From NCBI GenBank assembly GCA_003518055.1, contig DOZJ01000001.1:68253-132252 (forward strand): a DNA stretch of 64,000 nucleotides, written 5' to 3'. Of the stretch, positions 45,786-55,101 are shown piece by piece; the first letter of the stretch is position 1; the number at the start of each line of letters is the position of its first letter. This DNA comes from Candidatus Falkowbacteria bacterium (GTDB lineage: Bacteria; Patescibacteriota; Patescibacteriia; UBA11705). Below the pieces are notes generated by a model. It saw only the letters and a list, made by a program, of their open reading frames with translations, was not told where the DNA came from and searched no databases. The position numbers were made by a program, and so were the translations under genes.

Positions 45786-48674
45786 TTACGGCCAAATCGG
45801 ATAATCCTCAGCGCCCAATTTTTGATTTACCGGAGCGTTTTCTCCGCTTACCGCATACTGAAAAGCGAACGCCGCAATAGTGTATCCCATGTCAGTCCAA
45901 ACCGTAAATTCGTTCATCGGCGCCATCCGCGACCATGGAGCATACTGCTGCAGTGCCGGGATTGAATTCATGTTTGGATAAAAACCATTGTAAACCATGC
46001 ATTGCCAATAATCCTCTGGGGTGCAAATACCGTTGGTATATGTTTTGTAATGCGGCCCATTGATCGGCAAACCAGGAACCGGTTCTGATTGGGAGTCGTA
46101 CATCGAATTCAAATGCAACGGAAACTCCGGTGAGTTATAGCCTAATCCCGTGATCCACGATTTACCATTTGGGTTCGCTCCGAGCTGATAATCAATATTT
46201 ACAGCCACCGTATCAATATATTTTTGCTCTGGTTTGAATTTATAAGCCAAAATTACCGGTAGGACATATTGGGTGGCGGTCGTGCCCGAACCCCAAGCAA
46301 TATTATAGCCGGGTCCACGGCTGGTTAGATATTTGTTTTGATCCAAGTAGCCGACAAATTGGTCAGCCGAAGCGATAATCCGGTTGATAATTTCGGTTTT
46401 GAGTGTTTGATCAGTATTATCAGAGGTTGCCTGGGTGTAATTCCACAAGAAATGAACGGTATTGTAATGCGTTGGCCCCTTTAAATCATGCCAGAGAGAT
46501 TTGAATATATCTTGGTATGTGGCCTGACCGGTCGCCGTGAACAATGAACCCGCCGCCGACATCCTGACCCAATTGAGTTCCACTTTTTTCTGGTCGTCCG
46601 TTCTTGTCACCGGGCTGGTAGTACCGAACGTTGTTTGACTATCAGCCCAAGCAAACGCCTTGGCGGCTTTATCAATCAACGCCTGTCCTTGGGCTGGTTG
46701 ATGGTACTTATCCCGAAGCAATCGTCCTGCTTGAGCTGCTGTTGAGGCGAAATAATAACTTGCGTAGCGATTTTTGGCATAGGTCCAGTAAGTCAAAGTA
46801 TCTCCTTCACAGCCGCTAAACGCCGGATGGCCCGAGGCCTGCACGCCGGCGCGGATCGCGCCGTCTGATTCCTGTAGTTGCTCAAACAATTTTAAGCCGA
46901 ACAAAGCTTCATCCAGCAAATCCGGCAGCCCATTGCCGCTTTCAGGCAAATTAAACAGGTTGTCAGTCAGCTTGTCAGAAAAGATTTCTTGAACCGCGAG
47001 TAAATGAGCCACTGTCGTGAGATGAACCGGTCGTCGGTCATAATCGCCCGCATCATACCAGCCGCCTGTTAAACTCAGTAAATTTTGCTTGGGAGTGGAA
47101 GCTGGAAAATCTTTGCCCCAGTCTTCGAGTGCGTCGCTTTTATACACTTGGGTATGACAGATTCCGTGAGTCCAATCACTGTTGGCATTCCCGATTGAAA
47201 TACCTGCTCGTTGATGATACAAACCGCGAGCCACTGAATACAAACCATTAAATTGATTTCCTCCGATGTTAAAGATCACGGATCGTCCGATTCCTGATAC
47301 CTCCAAATAATAGCGACCGGATGACAAATTATTTAAATTAATTTGAAAAACATTTTCTCCGGCCTGACTATCAAAACCGCGACTGCTCAAAATTCCTTCA
47401 GTCACAGTAATTCCATCAGCGGCTCGGTTTATGATATAAGTTGTTCCTGCTGGTATGGTTAATGCCCCGTTACTGCCAAGCCAATAACCCACATAAGCAT
47501 ATTTTTTCTGACTGACACCGCTGTAGCCCAATTGGTTGATTTTTATCGCTTGACTCACTGCCTCATTTTGTCCAAACGTAAAGGTAATGGTTGGAAAGGT
47601 ATGACTTTCAGCTCGATAAGAACCATTGGTTCCGTCATAATCATACCAGCGATAATTACCGCTATTAAAGTACAAGCTGTATTGACGGTCCAATTGGAAT
47701 TCTGAGTCAAAGGTTAAATATATTTGATGTCTCAAGACTCTATCCGCCAGGGTCTGGCCATTTTTATCATGATCATCAGCATCAAGTGTAGCGGTAAAAC
47801 GTCCTATTTGGCTTGGTGTTTTTCCCCCGGCAAAATTTTGATCAACCGTAGAGATCAATGACCAATTGGCCGCGGTCATAAGCGCTGTTGGATTAAAATC
47901 TCCGTCTATCTCCACCCTTAATATTTTGGTTGTGATCGGCGCCAAACGTCCCACCTGGGTCTGAGATATTGGCGTATCTGATTGGTTGGTTACCGGGAGA
48001 TCAGCGTACGATTCCGATGGGTCAATAGTAACAATACGATCAAACCTTAAACCCAAAGATAAAAAAACTGTTTCATTGATAAGATGTTTTTTGTATTGCG
48101 TGTTGGTACCGTTTGGATCAGGCACAATTTGATAAACCGGCGCTGAATGCTGATATTTTATGATCGAATAATCTGGGTGGTGATCTGTGTAATTGATTAC
48201 TTCGCCTTCTTGGTATTTTGCGATCAACTCATCTGACGCGTCTTCAATCCACTGATACTGATATCCCAAGCCCGTGAAAACCGCTTCAGTTTGAATCCAG
48301 GATTTTTTATTATTGATAATAAAATATACCCGAGGGTTATTAACACTCTTCATCAAAGCTCCGTATTGAGGAGCATAATTTGCCCCCCAAGGCATAAAGC
48401 CAAGCGTATCGTCGGGTACAGCCGCGAGTTTGGTCAGTGTGGTCACCTCCACATCAGACCAATGATTAAAATACGAAAAAAACTTTTGCGGATTATTAAA
48501 CGGCCGCTTGGTGCAGGCTTGAGTGATAAAAAAAACAGTCTTGCTTTGACTTGTTTTATACGCCTTTCCCTGAACCAGCGCACACCCCACCGCTTGGGCT
48601 GTTTGGTCGCCGGGTGGGAAATTGATTGCCAGCATAATCAGCGCCAGAAATAAACCTAAAATTTTTATTTTCAT
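45786..48674 (-). CDS. secreted glycoside hydrolase family 9 (endoglucanase-like) with N-terminal extension and CelD_N-like Ig domain
   Basis: Signal peptide. GH9 signatures 'GGWYDAGDYDRR', 'NPNGKSWITGLG', and a C-terminal 'MNEFTVWTDMGYTIAAFAF' region. Confidence 0.7.
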   Translation of the reverse strand: MKIKILGLFLALIMLAINFPPGDQTAQAVGCALVQGKAYKTSQSKTVFFITQACTKRPFNNPQKFFSYFNHWSDVEVTTLTKLAAVPDDTLGFMPWGANYAPQYGALMKSVNNPRVYFIINNKKSWIQTEAVFTGLGYQYQWIEDASDELIAKYQEGEVINYTDHHPDYSIIKYQHSAPVYQIVPDPNGTNTQYKKHLINETVFLSLGLRFDRIVTIDPSESYADLPVTNQSDTPISQTQVGRLAPITTKILRVEIDGDFNPTALMTAANWSLISTVDQNFAGGKTPSQIGRFTATLDADDHDKNGQTLADRVLRHQIYLTFDSEFQLDRQYSLYFNSGNYRWYDYDGTNGSYRAESHTFPTITFTFGQNEAVSQAIKINQLGYSGVSQKKYAYVGYWLGSNGALTIPAGTTYIINRAADGITVTEGILSSRGFDSQAGENVFQINLNNLSSGRYYLEVSGIGRSVIFNIGGNQFNGLYSVARGLYHQRAGISIGNANSDWTHGICHTQVYKSDALEDWGKDFPASTPKQNLLSLTGGWYDAGDYDRRPVHLTTVAHLLAVQEIFSDKLTDNLFNLPESGNGLPDLLDEALFGLKLFEQLQESDGAIRAGVQASGHPAFSGCEGDTLTYWTYAKNRYASYYFASTAAQAGRLLRDKYHQPAQGQALIDKAAKAFAWADSQTTFGTTSPVTRTDDQKKVELNWVRMSAAGSLFTATGQATYQDIFKSLWHDLKGPTHYNTVHFLWNYTQATSDNTDQTLKTEIINRIIASADQFVGYLDQNKYLTSRGPGYNIAWGSGTTATQYVLPVILAYKFKPEQKYIDTVAVNIDYQLGANPNGKSWITGLGYNSPEFPLHLNSMYDSQSEPVPGLPINGPHYKTYTNGICTPEDYWQCMVYNGFYPNMNSIPALQQYAPWSRMAPMNEFTVWTDMGYTIAAFAFQYAVSGENAPVNQKLGAEDYPIWP

Positions 48675-49140
48675 ATATTGACAGCATTATGAATGATACT
48701 TTTTATTATTATTATCATTGCTCATCGCGAGATGACTTGCCGAGACTCGATTCTTGATAGCGATTTTTGAGCGTGGAACTGGGTCAAGTCGAGGCTTCAT
48801 GATATTAATTCGATCTCCAATCAACAAATTAACTTAATTGATCATTATAGTTATTATTTTAGGTCAACAATCAAATTTTGACCAGAGTCGATCATTTATT
48901 CTCTCAATTTACTTTTTATACCATAAGATGGTTATTTCACTTTTTCGTCATGTTTCTTTTGCGATGGGTGATGAGTTTTTTCGAATTGGAAAATATGCTC
49001 AAGTTTAGCTAAAAATTTATAAATTCTTTATTGGTCCCCGCGGATGTTTAAAAGGTAGCTTTATTTATGTAAAAATAAAATATTGACAAAGTCTCTGTAG
49101 CGTGATATAATAACCAGTCAATCACAGAAAGGAGATCGCG

Positions 49141-49497
49141 ATGTCGTTGCCGGGGCGTCGGTTGGAAGATGGTGTATTTGTGATTTTAGGCACCTTGCTT
49201 ATCGTCGGGTTAATTCTCTTGGTCAGTGTGGTTATTTATTTTACGCTGAATCTGTTGTTTGATTTGGCGGTGGTGATTTTGGATCCAAAGACAATGTGGG
49301 ATGACAGTCTGAGGCAGAATGTTCCGGCCAATCCTGCCTTTTGGTATACGGAAACGATTTTGATTCCGGTGTTCAGCGTTGGTGGTGCGTTTTTGTTAGT
49401 GCTGTATTCGCCTCGATTGATAGAGAGAATGAAGGAAATCAAGGCTAGGGCAAATGAATCTACCGACGGCTCAGAGAAGAGCCCTGGGTGTAAATGA
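49141..49497 (+). CDS. membrane protein (118 aa), hypothetical
   Basis: Two TM helices. 'gaaaggagatcgcgatg' RBS. Confidence 0.45.
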   Translation: MSLPGRRLEDGVFVILGTLLIVGLILLVSVVIYFTLNLLFDLAVVILDPKTMWDDSLRQNVPANPAFWYTETILIPVFSVGGAFLLVLYSPRLIERMKEIKARANESTDGSEKSPGCK

Positions 49498-49517
49498 ATT
49501 TTTGATTAAGTGACGAG

Positions 49518-49546
49518 AGCACAGATTAACCAATCTGTGTTTTTTA
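49518..49546 (+). terminator. rho-independent terminator (cacagatt-aacc-aatctgtg + T6)
   Basis: Read directly. Paralogous to the hairpin at 45634. Confidence 0.6.
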
Positions 49547-49601
49547 AATTATGGATTTACGGATAAGTATTAATATTACAAATAAAAAATAACAGGCGAT
49601 A

Positions 49602-49630
49602 TTGACAAACGCAACTGGGTTGCGTATGAT
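49602..49630 (+). promoter_or_regulatory. sigma70-like promoter TTGACA-17 nt-TATGAT with palindrome gcaactgggttgc in the spacer
   Basis: Consensus-like hexamers 7 nt upstream of the Fur-family gene start. Confidence 0.45.
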
Positions 49631-49636
49631 GAGGTT

Positions 49637-50047
49637 ATGGAATATGTTTTGCGCCAATATCGAGACAAGCAGATGCGGTTGACCAAGGTTAGAGAGGCCC
49701 TGGCTGAGATTTTTTGTCAGACCGAAAGACCGTTAACAGTACCGGAAATTTTGGTGAAGCTAGAACAAAGTAATTTAAGACCGAACAAAACCACGGTGTA
49801 TCGGGAGCTTGAAATTTTGATAAAAAATGAAATATTAAAAGAGGTTTATTTTAACGATGATAAAAAACGATATGAACTCGATCGCGATCATCACCATCAT
49901 TTGGTCTGTAAGCAATGCGGAGAGGTAATTGAAATTGAGTGTGATCACAGCTTTGAGCTGCAAGTTGAGGCCGTGGCAAAAAAAAATAATTTTGTGATTG
50001 AGACCGAGTCGCTGGAGTTTTTTGGACAATGCAAAAATTGTGTTTAA
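49637..50047 (+). CDS. Fur-family metalloregulator (likely Zur)
   Basis: 'TTVYRELEILIKNEILKEV' HTH. 'HHHHLVCKQCGEVIEIECDH...FFGQCKNC' metal sites. Adjacent to a ZIP transporter. Confidence 0.75.
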   Translation: MEYVLRQYRDKQMRLTKVREALAEIFCQTERPLTVPEILVKLEQSNLRPNKTTVYRELEILIKNEILKEVYFNDDKKRYELDRDHHHHLVCKQCGEVIEIECDHSFELQVEAVAKKNNFVIETESLEFFGQCKNCV

Positions 50048-50074
50048 ATTTATCACATAATACTTATGAACTCG

Positions 50075-50285
50075 TAGAAGGTTACCCTTCGATCCCGCTG
50101 CTCGCGAGCGGCGGGATCGAGAGCCCTGCCTACCGCCTGCCTGCCGGCAGGCAGGGTAGGCAGGCTCATGGTGACAAACACTTCCCGTGTCATGCTGAGG
50201 CTCTCGAAGCATAGACACGGAGTTTTGGAGGGCTACCATTTGATGCCGCTGCTAGCGGGCGGCGAAATCGTGAGCTTTAAAAATA
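50075..50285. repeat. palindrome-rich repeat element between Fur-family gene and zupT (40-bp nested cctgcc palindrome plus GC palindromes)
   Basis: 'cccttcgatcccgctgctcgcgagcggcgggatcgagagccctgcctaccgcctgcctgccggcaggcagggtaggcagg' and a downstream imperfect direct repeat 'tgatgccgctgctagcgggcggcgaaatcgtgagc'. Confidence 0.7.
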
Positions 50286-50295
50286 ACAAATATAT

Positions 50296-51042
50296 ATGAT
50301 CTGGTTATATACAATTATCAGTGTGGGATTGATTAGTGTCCTCTCGTTTGTTGGGGCGTTGGTTTTGGCGGTTAACAAAGAAAAGCTGGGCAATATTTTG
50401 ATTTATTTTGTCAGTTTTTCGGTCGGCGCGTTATTTGGTGATGTTTTTATTCATATCATTCCGGAAATCAGCGCTGAGGGTGGGTTTGATTTGACATTCG
50501 GATTGTATTTTTTACTCGGGGTAATGATATTTTTCGTGATTGAACAGTTTATTCACTGGCATCATTGTCACAAAGTTGAACATCATCACAAAATCAAACC
50601 GTTTGCATATACGAATCTAATCGGAGACGGTCTACACAACTTGCTCGATGGGATGATTGTGGCAGCCAGTTTTATGGTGAGTATTCCGGTCGGTATGGCG
50701 ACAACACTGGCGGTAATATTTCATGAGATCCCGCAGGAGATAGGGGATTTTGGTGTCTTGCTTTATGCGGGTTTCAAGAAAAAAACCGCTTTGCTATTTA
50801 ATTTCGCTTCGGCGTTTTTGGCGGTCATTGGAGCGGTGTTAACGTTAATTTTTTTGCAGTCGGTTGAAGGCTTGGAACTGATTGTTCTAGCGATTGCCGG
50901 TGGAGGCTTTCTCTATATCGCCGGTTCGGATCTGATGCCGGAATTGCAGCGGCATGAGGGCGATTTGATGAAATCATTCAAGCATTTTATTATGATTTTA
51001 CTTGGAATTTTGGTGATGGTGGTTTTGACATTTGTGGGGTAG
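50296..51042 (+). CDS. zupT: ZIP-family zinc transporter
   Basis: 'HNLLDGMIVAASF' and 'HEIPQEIGDFGVLL' are ZIP signature helices. Eight TM helices. Confidence 0.8.
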   Translation: MIWLYTIISVGLISVLSFVGALVLAVNKEKLGNILIYFVSFSVGALFGDVFIHIIPEISAEGGFDLTFGLYFLLGVMIFFVIEQFIHWHHCHKVEHHHKIKPFAYTNLIGDGLHNLLDGMIVAASFMVSIPVGMATTLAVIFHEIPQEIGDFGVLLYAGFKKKTALLFNFASAFLAVIGAVLTLIFLQSVEGLELIVLAIAGGGFLYIAGSDLMPELQRHEGDLMKSFKHFIMILLGILVMVVLTFVG

Positions 51043-51101
51043 TTGACAGATTGACTGAGGCGTGATATAATCGCATGTTACTTCCATCAAGGAGGCAGGG
51101 G

Positions 51102-51599
51102 ATGGCGGAGAAAAAGACAGTATTGATTATTGATGATAAAGTCGTAGCTGAATCATATAGTGATCCTTTAAAAGAATATTCTGAATTCGATGTGCATGTA
51201 GTTCACGATTTGGGTGAGGCGATTCGTTTGATTCAGAGAATTGATTTTGATGTGGATGTGATTGTGGCGGAGCATTTTTTGGATTATGGGGTGGCATCTC
51301 GACTACTTGAGGGTGGGACAGATCCTCATATGTGGAAAGGCGCAGCGAGGTTGTTTGCATTTGTTCGGAAGTATTATCCGAGGAAAACGCAGTTTGTTTT
51401 ACTGGGTAGCGATGCTGATTACTTGAAGGAGACACGTGACAAATTTGATATTCCTGTAAACCGCGTATTTTTGAAGCCATTTTCAACATTTGTTTTTGAA
51501 TACATGGTTTGTCAGCTCTGCGGGGTAACTTGCAGGGTGCCGGAATGGATTATTAAGGAAGAGATGACGGTTGGTCGTTTGGGTGATGTTCGATTTTAA
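51102..51599 (+). CDS. receiver (CheY-like) domain protein with Cys-containing C-terminal tail
   Basis: 'KKTVLIIDD...VHDLGEAI...FDVDVIVAEH' is a receiver-like alpha/beta pattern. 'aaggagg' RBS before the trimmed ATG. Confidence 0.45.
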   Translation: MAEKKTVLIIDDKVVAESYSDPLKEYSEFDVHVVHDLGEAIRLIQRIDFDVDVIVAEHFLDYGVASRLLEGGTDPHMWKGAARLFAFVRKYYPRKTQFVLLGSDADYLKETRDKFDIPVNRVFLKPFSTFVFEYMVCQLCGVTCRVPEWIIKEEMTVGRLGDVRF

Positions 51600-51721
51600 G
51601 TAATATCAGCTGAAGACAGCTGATTTTTTTATTAAAGTTATTAACAGTTTAGCGTTGGGGTCTTTAATAATTTATTAAATACTTTATTATATATCTATTA
51701 TTAATTTTAATTTGTAATACT

Positions 51722-52102
51722 ATGACAAAAGTGGAGGTGGAACGAGCCAAGAAGGCTTGGGGGTTGATCGCGGTGATTAATTTGTCCGGATGTGATCATC
51801 GAATGATTCAGAGTCCGACTAAAATTAAATTGTTTGTGAAGCAGCTGTGCAAACGAATTAAAATGGTGCCATACGGCCCAACAATGGTCAAAAAGTTCGG
51901 CACTGGTAGTCTTGAGGGATATTCGGCTCTTCAATTCATTGAAACATCTTCTATCACGCTTCATTTCGATGACAAGGGCGGAGACCGAGCGTTCATCGAT
52001 ATCTTTAGCTGTAAATATTTTGAGGCCACTGACGCTTTGGATTTCAGCCGGGAGTTTTTTCAAGCTAAAAAATCAAAAATGAAAGTGATTGTTAGAGATT
52101 AA
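51722..52102 (+). CDS. speH: S-adenosylmethionine decarboxylase proenzyme-like (pyruvoyl-dependent, SpeH-type)
   Basis: 'GSLEGYSALQFIETSSITLHFDDKGGDRAFIDIFSCKYF' matches the SpeH self-cleavage (E-S) and 'DVFTCG' region. Confidence 0.6.
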   Translation: MTKVEVERAKKAWGLIAVINLSGCDHRMIQSPTKIKLFVKQLCKRIKMVPYGPTMVKKFGTGSLEGYSALQFIETSSITLHFDDKGGDRAFIDIFSCKYFEATDALDFSREFFQAKKSKMKVIVRD

Positions 52103-52248
52103 TTATCGAAGCAGCTCGATTTCAAGGGCTGTTTTTTATTTAATCAGATTTAGGATTTTTTTCGTTGGAATTTTCCAATTGTGGGATATTTAATTGTTAA
52201 AATTAGGGTAATTTTGCTATACTAAGTTCATCTTAATCGATACAAAAC

Positions 52249-52887
52249 ATGAAAACAAACATCGCTAAAATTATTGGACAGATTGAAAAGTTGAATGAGA
52301 ACTTGAAAGCTGAGTATAACCGGTTAGCCAAAAAATACGGATTTACAGTTCACCAGGGAAAGGTAGTTTTCTTGGCCAAATTTAAAAAAAGAAATAGACA
52401 ATTCAAAGTGCCGGTTTGGCAGGATGTCTTGTCCCAAAGTATCCGTCATCTTTTTTCACTGCCATTTATATACATGATGATCATTCCGGCGGTGATTTTG
52501 GATATTTTTATTTCTGTTTATCATTTTGTTGCTTTTCCGCTCTATGGAATTCCAAAGGTTAAAAGGAAGGATTTTATTGTTTATGACAGGCGGTTTTTGG
52601 ATTATTTAAATGTAATGCAAAAAGTTCACTGTTTGTATTGTAGTTATGTTAATGGGTTGTTTGCATATTCAATGGAAATTGCGGCCCGGACAGAGCGCTA
52701 TTGGTGTCCAATCAAGGCTGCGAGCAAACCGAGGGTTAATCATGGCTGGTACAATGAATTTGCCGATTACGGTAATCCGGAAGAGTGGAGAGAAAAAGTT
52801 AATGATCAAAATGCTTTTGAAAAATTAACAAAATCAGAAAAAAATAGGGTGAAAAATAAGGGAATATGCAAGGATCGACAAATATAG
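52249..52887 (+). CDS. membrane-associated hypothetical protein (212 aa)
   Basis: One or two TM helices. Cys cluster 'HCLYCSY...WCPIK'. Confidence 0.4.
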   Translation: MKTNIAKIIGQIEKLNENLKAEYNRLAKKYGFTVHQGKVVFLAKFKKRNRQFKVPVWQDVLSQSIRHLFSLPFIYMMIIPAVILDIFISVYHFVAFPLYGIPKVKRKDFIVYDRRFLDYLNVMQKVHCLYCSYVNGLFAYSMEIAARTERYWCPIKAASKPRVNHGWYNEFADYGNPEEWREKVNDQNAFEKLTKSEKNRVKNKGICKDRQI

Positions 52888-52905
52888 TTTCATTGGGATA
52901 AATTT

Positions 52906-53859
52906 ATGACTGGTTTTGAAACAATAAAAACACAAGAAAATGAGGCGGTGGAGAAATTGGTTCATGATTCCTTGGCTGGAGAAAAAGAATTATTGGCAGG
53001 AAGGACGGAAAATTATATCGCTTACGGCCTGGGAACCAGAACAAATCTGCTGCGGCGGCGAAGTCCAGACACCGAAACTGATGAGGTCGGCGATAATTTT
53101 TTGATGGTACCGGAATGGGATTTGACCGCGGTGTTTGACGGCGTAAGCCAAGCCAACGGCGCGGCCGGAGCGAAGGTGGCGGCTGATGAGTTAAAAAAAC
53201 GAATTGAAGTAATGAAAGATAAATTTAAACCGCGAGAGACAACTGTGGTCGAAGCCCGAAAGGTTTTGTTGGCGCTGCTTCGAAGTGTAAATGGAGTTTT
53301 GTCTGATTGGAATAAAGATAAACATCAATCTGAGCAGTATTTAACCACAATGACTTTGTCGATGCGGGTGGGAGCGGAGATGATCGTGGTTAATATTGGT
53401 GATAGCCGAGCGTATTATCAAAGAGCCGGTCAACCTCTGGAGGCGGTGACGGTGGATTATGATGCCATGCGTTATGATTTGGAGCAGCGCGGCAAGGTGC
53501 CGACAACGATTGATGAAGTTACGGGACAGGGAGGGCAAAATATCGCTGAAATTCGAGCGGCACAAAGCCGGCGGCCGAAAATGCTGGCCAACCGTGTGTC
53601 CAGATTGTTGGGGCAAAGCAGCCGGCTGGATTTTGCGGCGGATGTTTACGTGCGGAAGGTGAAATCAGGAGATAGGTTTATGCTTTGTTCCGATGGTATT
53701 GTCAAAGAGGTACGCGAGGAAAATTTGGCGGACAGTTTGTCGCCATTCACAAACAGAAATTTTAAGGACAGCGCGGCGGAAATCATGGCTGATGCTACTA
53801 GAACTGAATATGATCACGAACATGATGATAAAGTGTTGGCGGTGGTTGAAATTAAGTAG
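52906..53859 (+). CDS. PP2C-family Ser/Thr phosphatase-like protein
   Basis: 'AVFDGVSQANGAAGAKVAADE', 'VNIGDSRAY', 'FMLCSDGIV' match PP2C motifs 1, 2 and 8. Confidence 0.55.
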   Translation: MTGFETIKTQENEAVEKLVHDSLAGEKELLAGRTENYIAYGLGTRTNLLRRRSPDTETDEVGDNFLMVPEWDLTAVFDGVSQANGAAGAKVAADELKKRIEVMKDKFKPRETTVVEARKVLLALLRSVNGVLSDWNKDKHQSEQYLTTMTLSMRVGAEMIVVNIGDSRAYYQRAGQPLEAVTVDYDAMRYDLEQRGKVPTTIDEVTGQGGQNIAEIRAAQSRRPKMLANRVSRLLGQSSRLDFAADVYVRKVKSGDRFMLCSDGIVKEVREENLADSLSPFTNRNFKDSAAEIMADATRTEYDHEHDDKVLAVVEIK

Positions 53860-53961
53860 AGATTTGGTGTTACGAAATTACTCGCCAGAGGACGAGTCCG
53901 TCCTAAGGCGGACGAAACATTACAAAATTTTACAAAAATTACATAGGTGGATGAGAATTAG

Positions 53962-54060
53962 AATTTAGTACGTGGTGATTAGCTAGTGGCGAATAGAGAT
54001 TAAGAGATTGGTCCCGCTTATCGTGAGAGACGGGATTGAGAGAATTTATAGAATAGAGAT
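53962..54060. repeat. repeat block ('tgattagctagtg' also at 38738-38765; 'agagattaagagatt' related to 18690-18740; hairpin tcccg-cttatcgtgagaga-cggga)
   Basis: Read directly. Confidence 0.55.
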
Positions 54061-54121
54061 CGGAAATTAAAGTTTTGAGGCTGGTAAATTTAAATTTATA
54101 ACTTTAAACTTTTAATCAAAT

Positions 54122-54940
54122 ATGAAAAAAATTGGTTTGATACTAATTGGGTTAATAATGTTGTTGGCCGTGGTGACGCTCGTAAGAGCGCAAACGCTGA
54201 CTGAGCGCACCAGCGGCAAAATTTTGTTGCAGGTGGAAGAACATGGCGAAGCGTGGTACGTGTATCCGCTTGATGGCTTCCGGTATTATCTCGGTCGGCC
54301 TGATGATGCTTTTACGCTCATGAGAGAACTCGGACTCGGAGTAAATAATGAAAATTTTGATAATTTCAATGGCAAGGCGCCTGAAAGACTGGCTGGGCGA
54401 ATTTTATTGAAGGTCGAGGATTTGGGCAAGGCCTATTATGTCAAGCCTGAAGATTTGAGTTTGCATTATTTGGGACGGCCGCTGGATGCGTTTAATTTGA
54501 TGAGGGAGATGGGGCTTGGTATTACCACGACAAATTTAATGCAAATTACAATCGCGCCATTGTCGCAGACCGAGGGTTTTGTTGATTGCGGGCAGACGGA
54601 GATTAATGGCGAGGAATATAAAGTAGGTTTGACATGTATTAACCAAAAATTTGCGATTTGCCAGCCGGCGACTTATTTGGCCACAGTTGATTTGGGTGAA
54701 TTTGGCGGGTTGGTGAGTTATGAATATAAAATAATCGGTTTAGAGCCCGGCGGCTGTTTGATGCAAACTCAGTATATCCAGAATCCCAATCCAGAGTGGA
54801 TAAAAAAGAAATTGGTGTGTCATTATGATAATACTGCAACATTGAGTGAAGCTCACGGTGAAGTGTTTGATCGATTGTGGGGTGAAAAAATCATTGGAAA
54901 TTGCACGGGGGAATTGGCGGCGATATTAACAGCGGAATAA
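54122..54940 (+). CDS. secreted protein with internal about 60-aa duplicated module, hypothetical
   Basis: Signal peptide. Repeat 'G(K/R)ILL(Q/K)VE(E/D)(H/L)G(E/K)A(W/Y)YV(Y/K)P.D...YLGRP.DAF.LMRE(L/M)GLG'. Confidence 0.5.
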   Translation: MKKIGLILIGLIMLLAVVTLVRAQTLTERTSGKILLQVEEHGEAWYVYPLDGFRYYLGRPDDAFTLMRELGLGVNNENFDNFNGKAPERLAGRILLKVEDLGKAYYVKPEDLSLHYLGRPLDAFNLMREMGLGITTTNLMQITIAPLSQTEGFVDCGQTEINGEEYKVGLTCINQKFAICQPATYLATVDLGEFGGLVSYEYKIIGLEPGGCLMQTQYIQNPNPEWIKKKLVCHYDNTATLSEAHGEVFDRLWGEKIIGNCTGELAAILTAE

Positions 54941-54981
54941 AATAAATGATTAAATGGAGGGGAAAAAATAAACTAATTGGA

Positions 54982-55044
54982 TTGACACGAATACAAAGAT
55001 AAGATAATATATAGAGGCAAAAACGACCGGTTTTTGCCTTTTTT
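54982..55044 (+). promoter_or_regulatory. consensus-like promoter (TTGACA-17-TAATAT) immediately followed by terminator-like hairpin ggcaaaaac-gaccg-gtttttgcc + T6
   Basis: Read directly. The hairpin probably terminates the upstream gene, and the promoter would start the downstream transcript within the hairpin. Confidence 0.45.
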
Positions 55045-55101
55045 CTTCTATTTTTGAAGAAAAATAAAGGTCGATCCTTAATCAGGAAAGGAAACAGGGC
55101 T

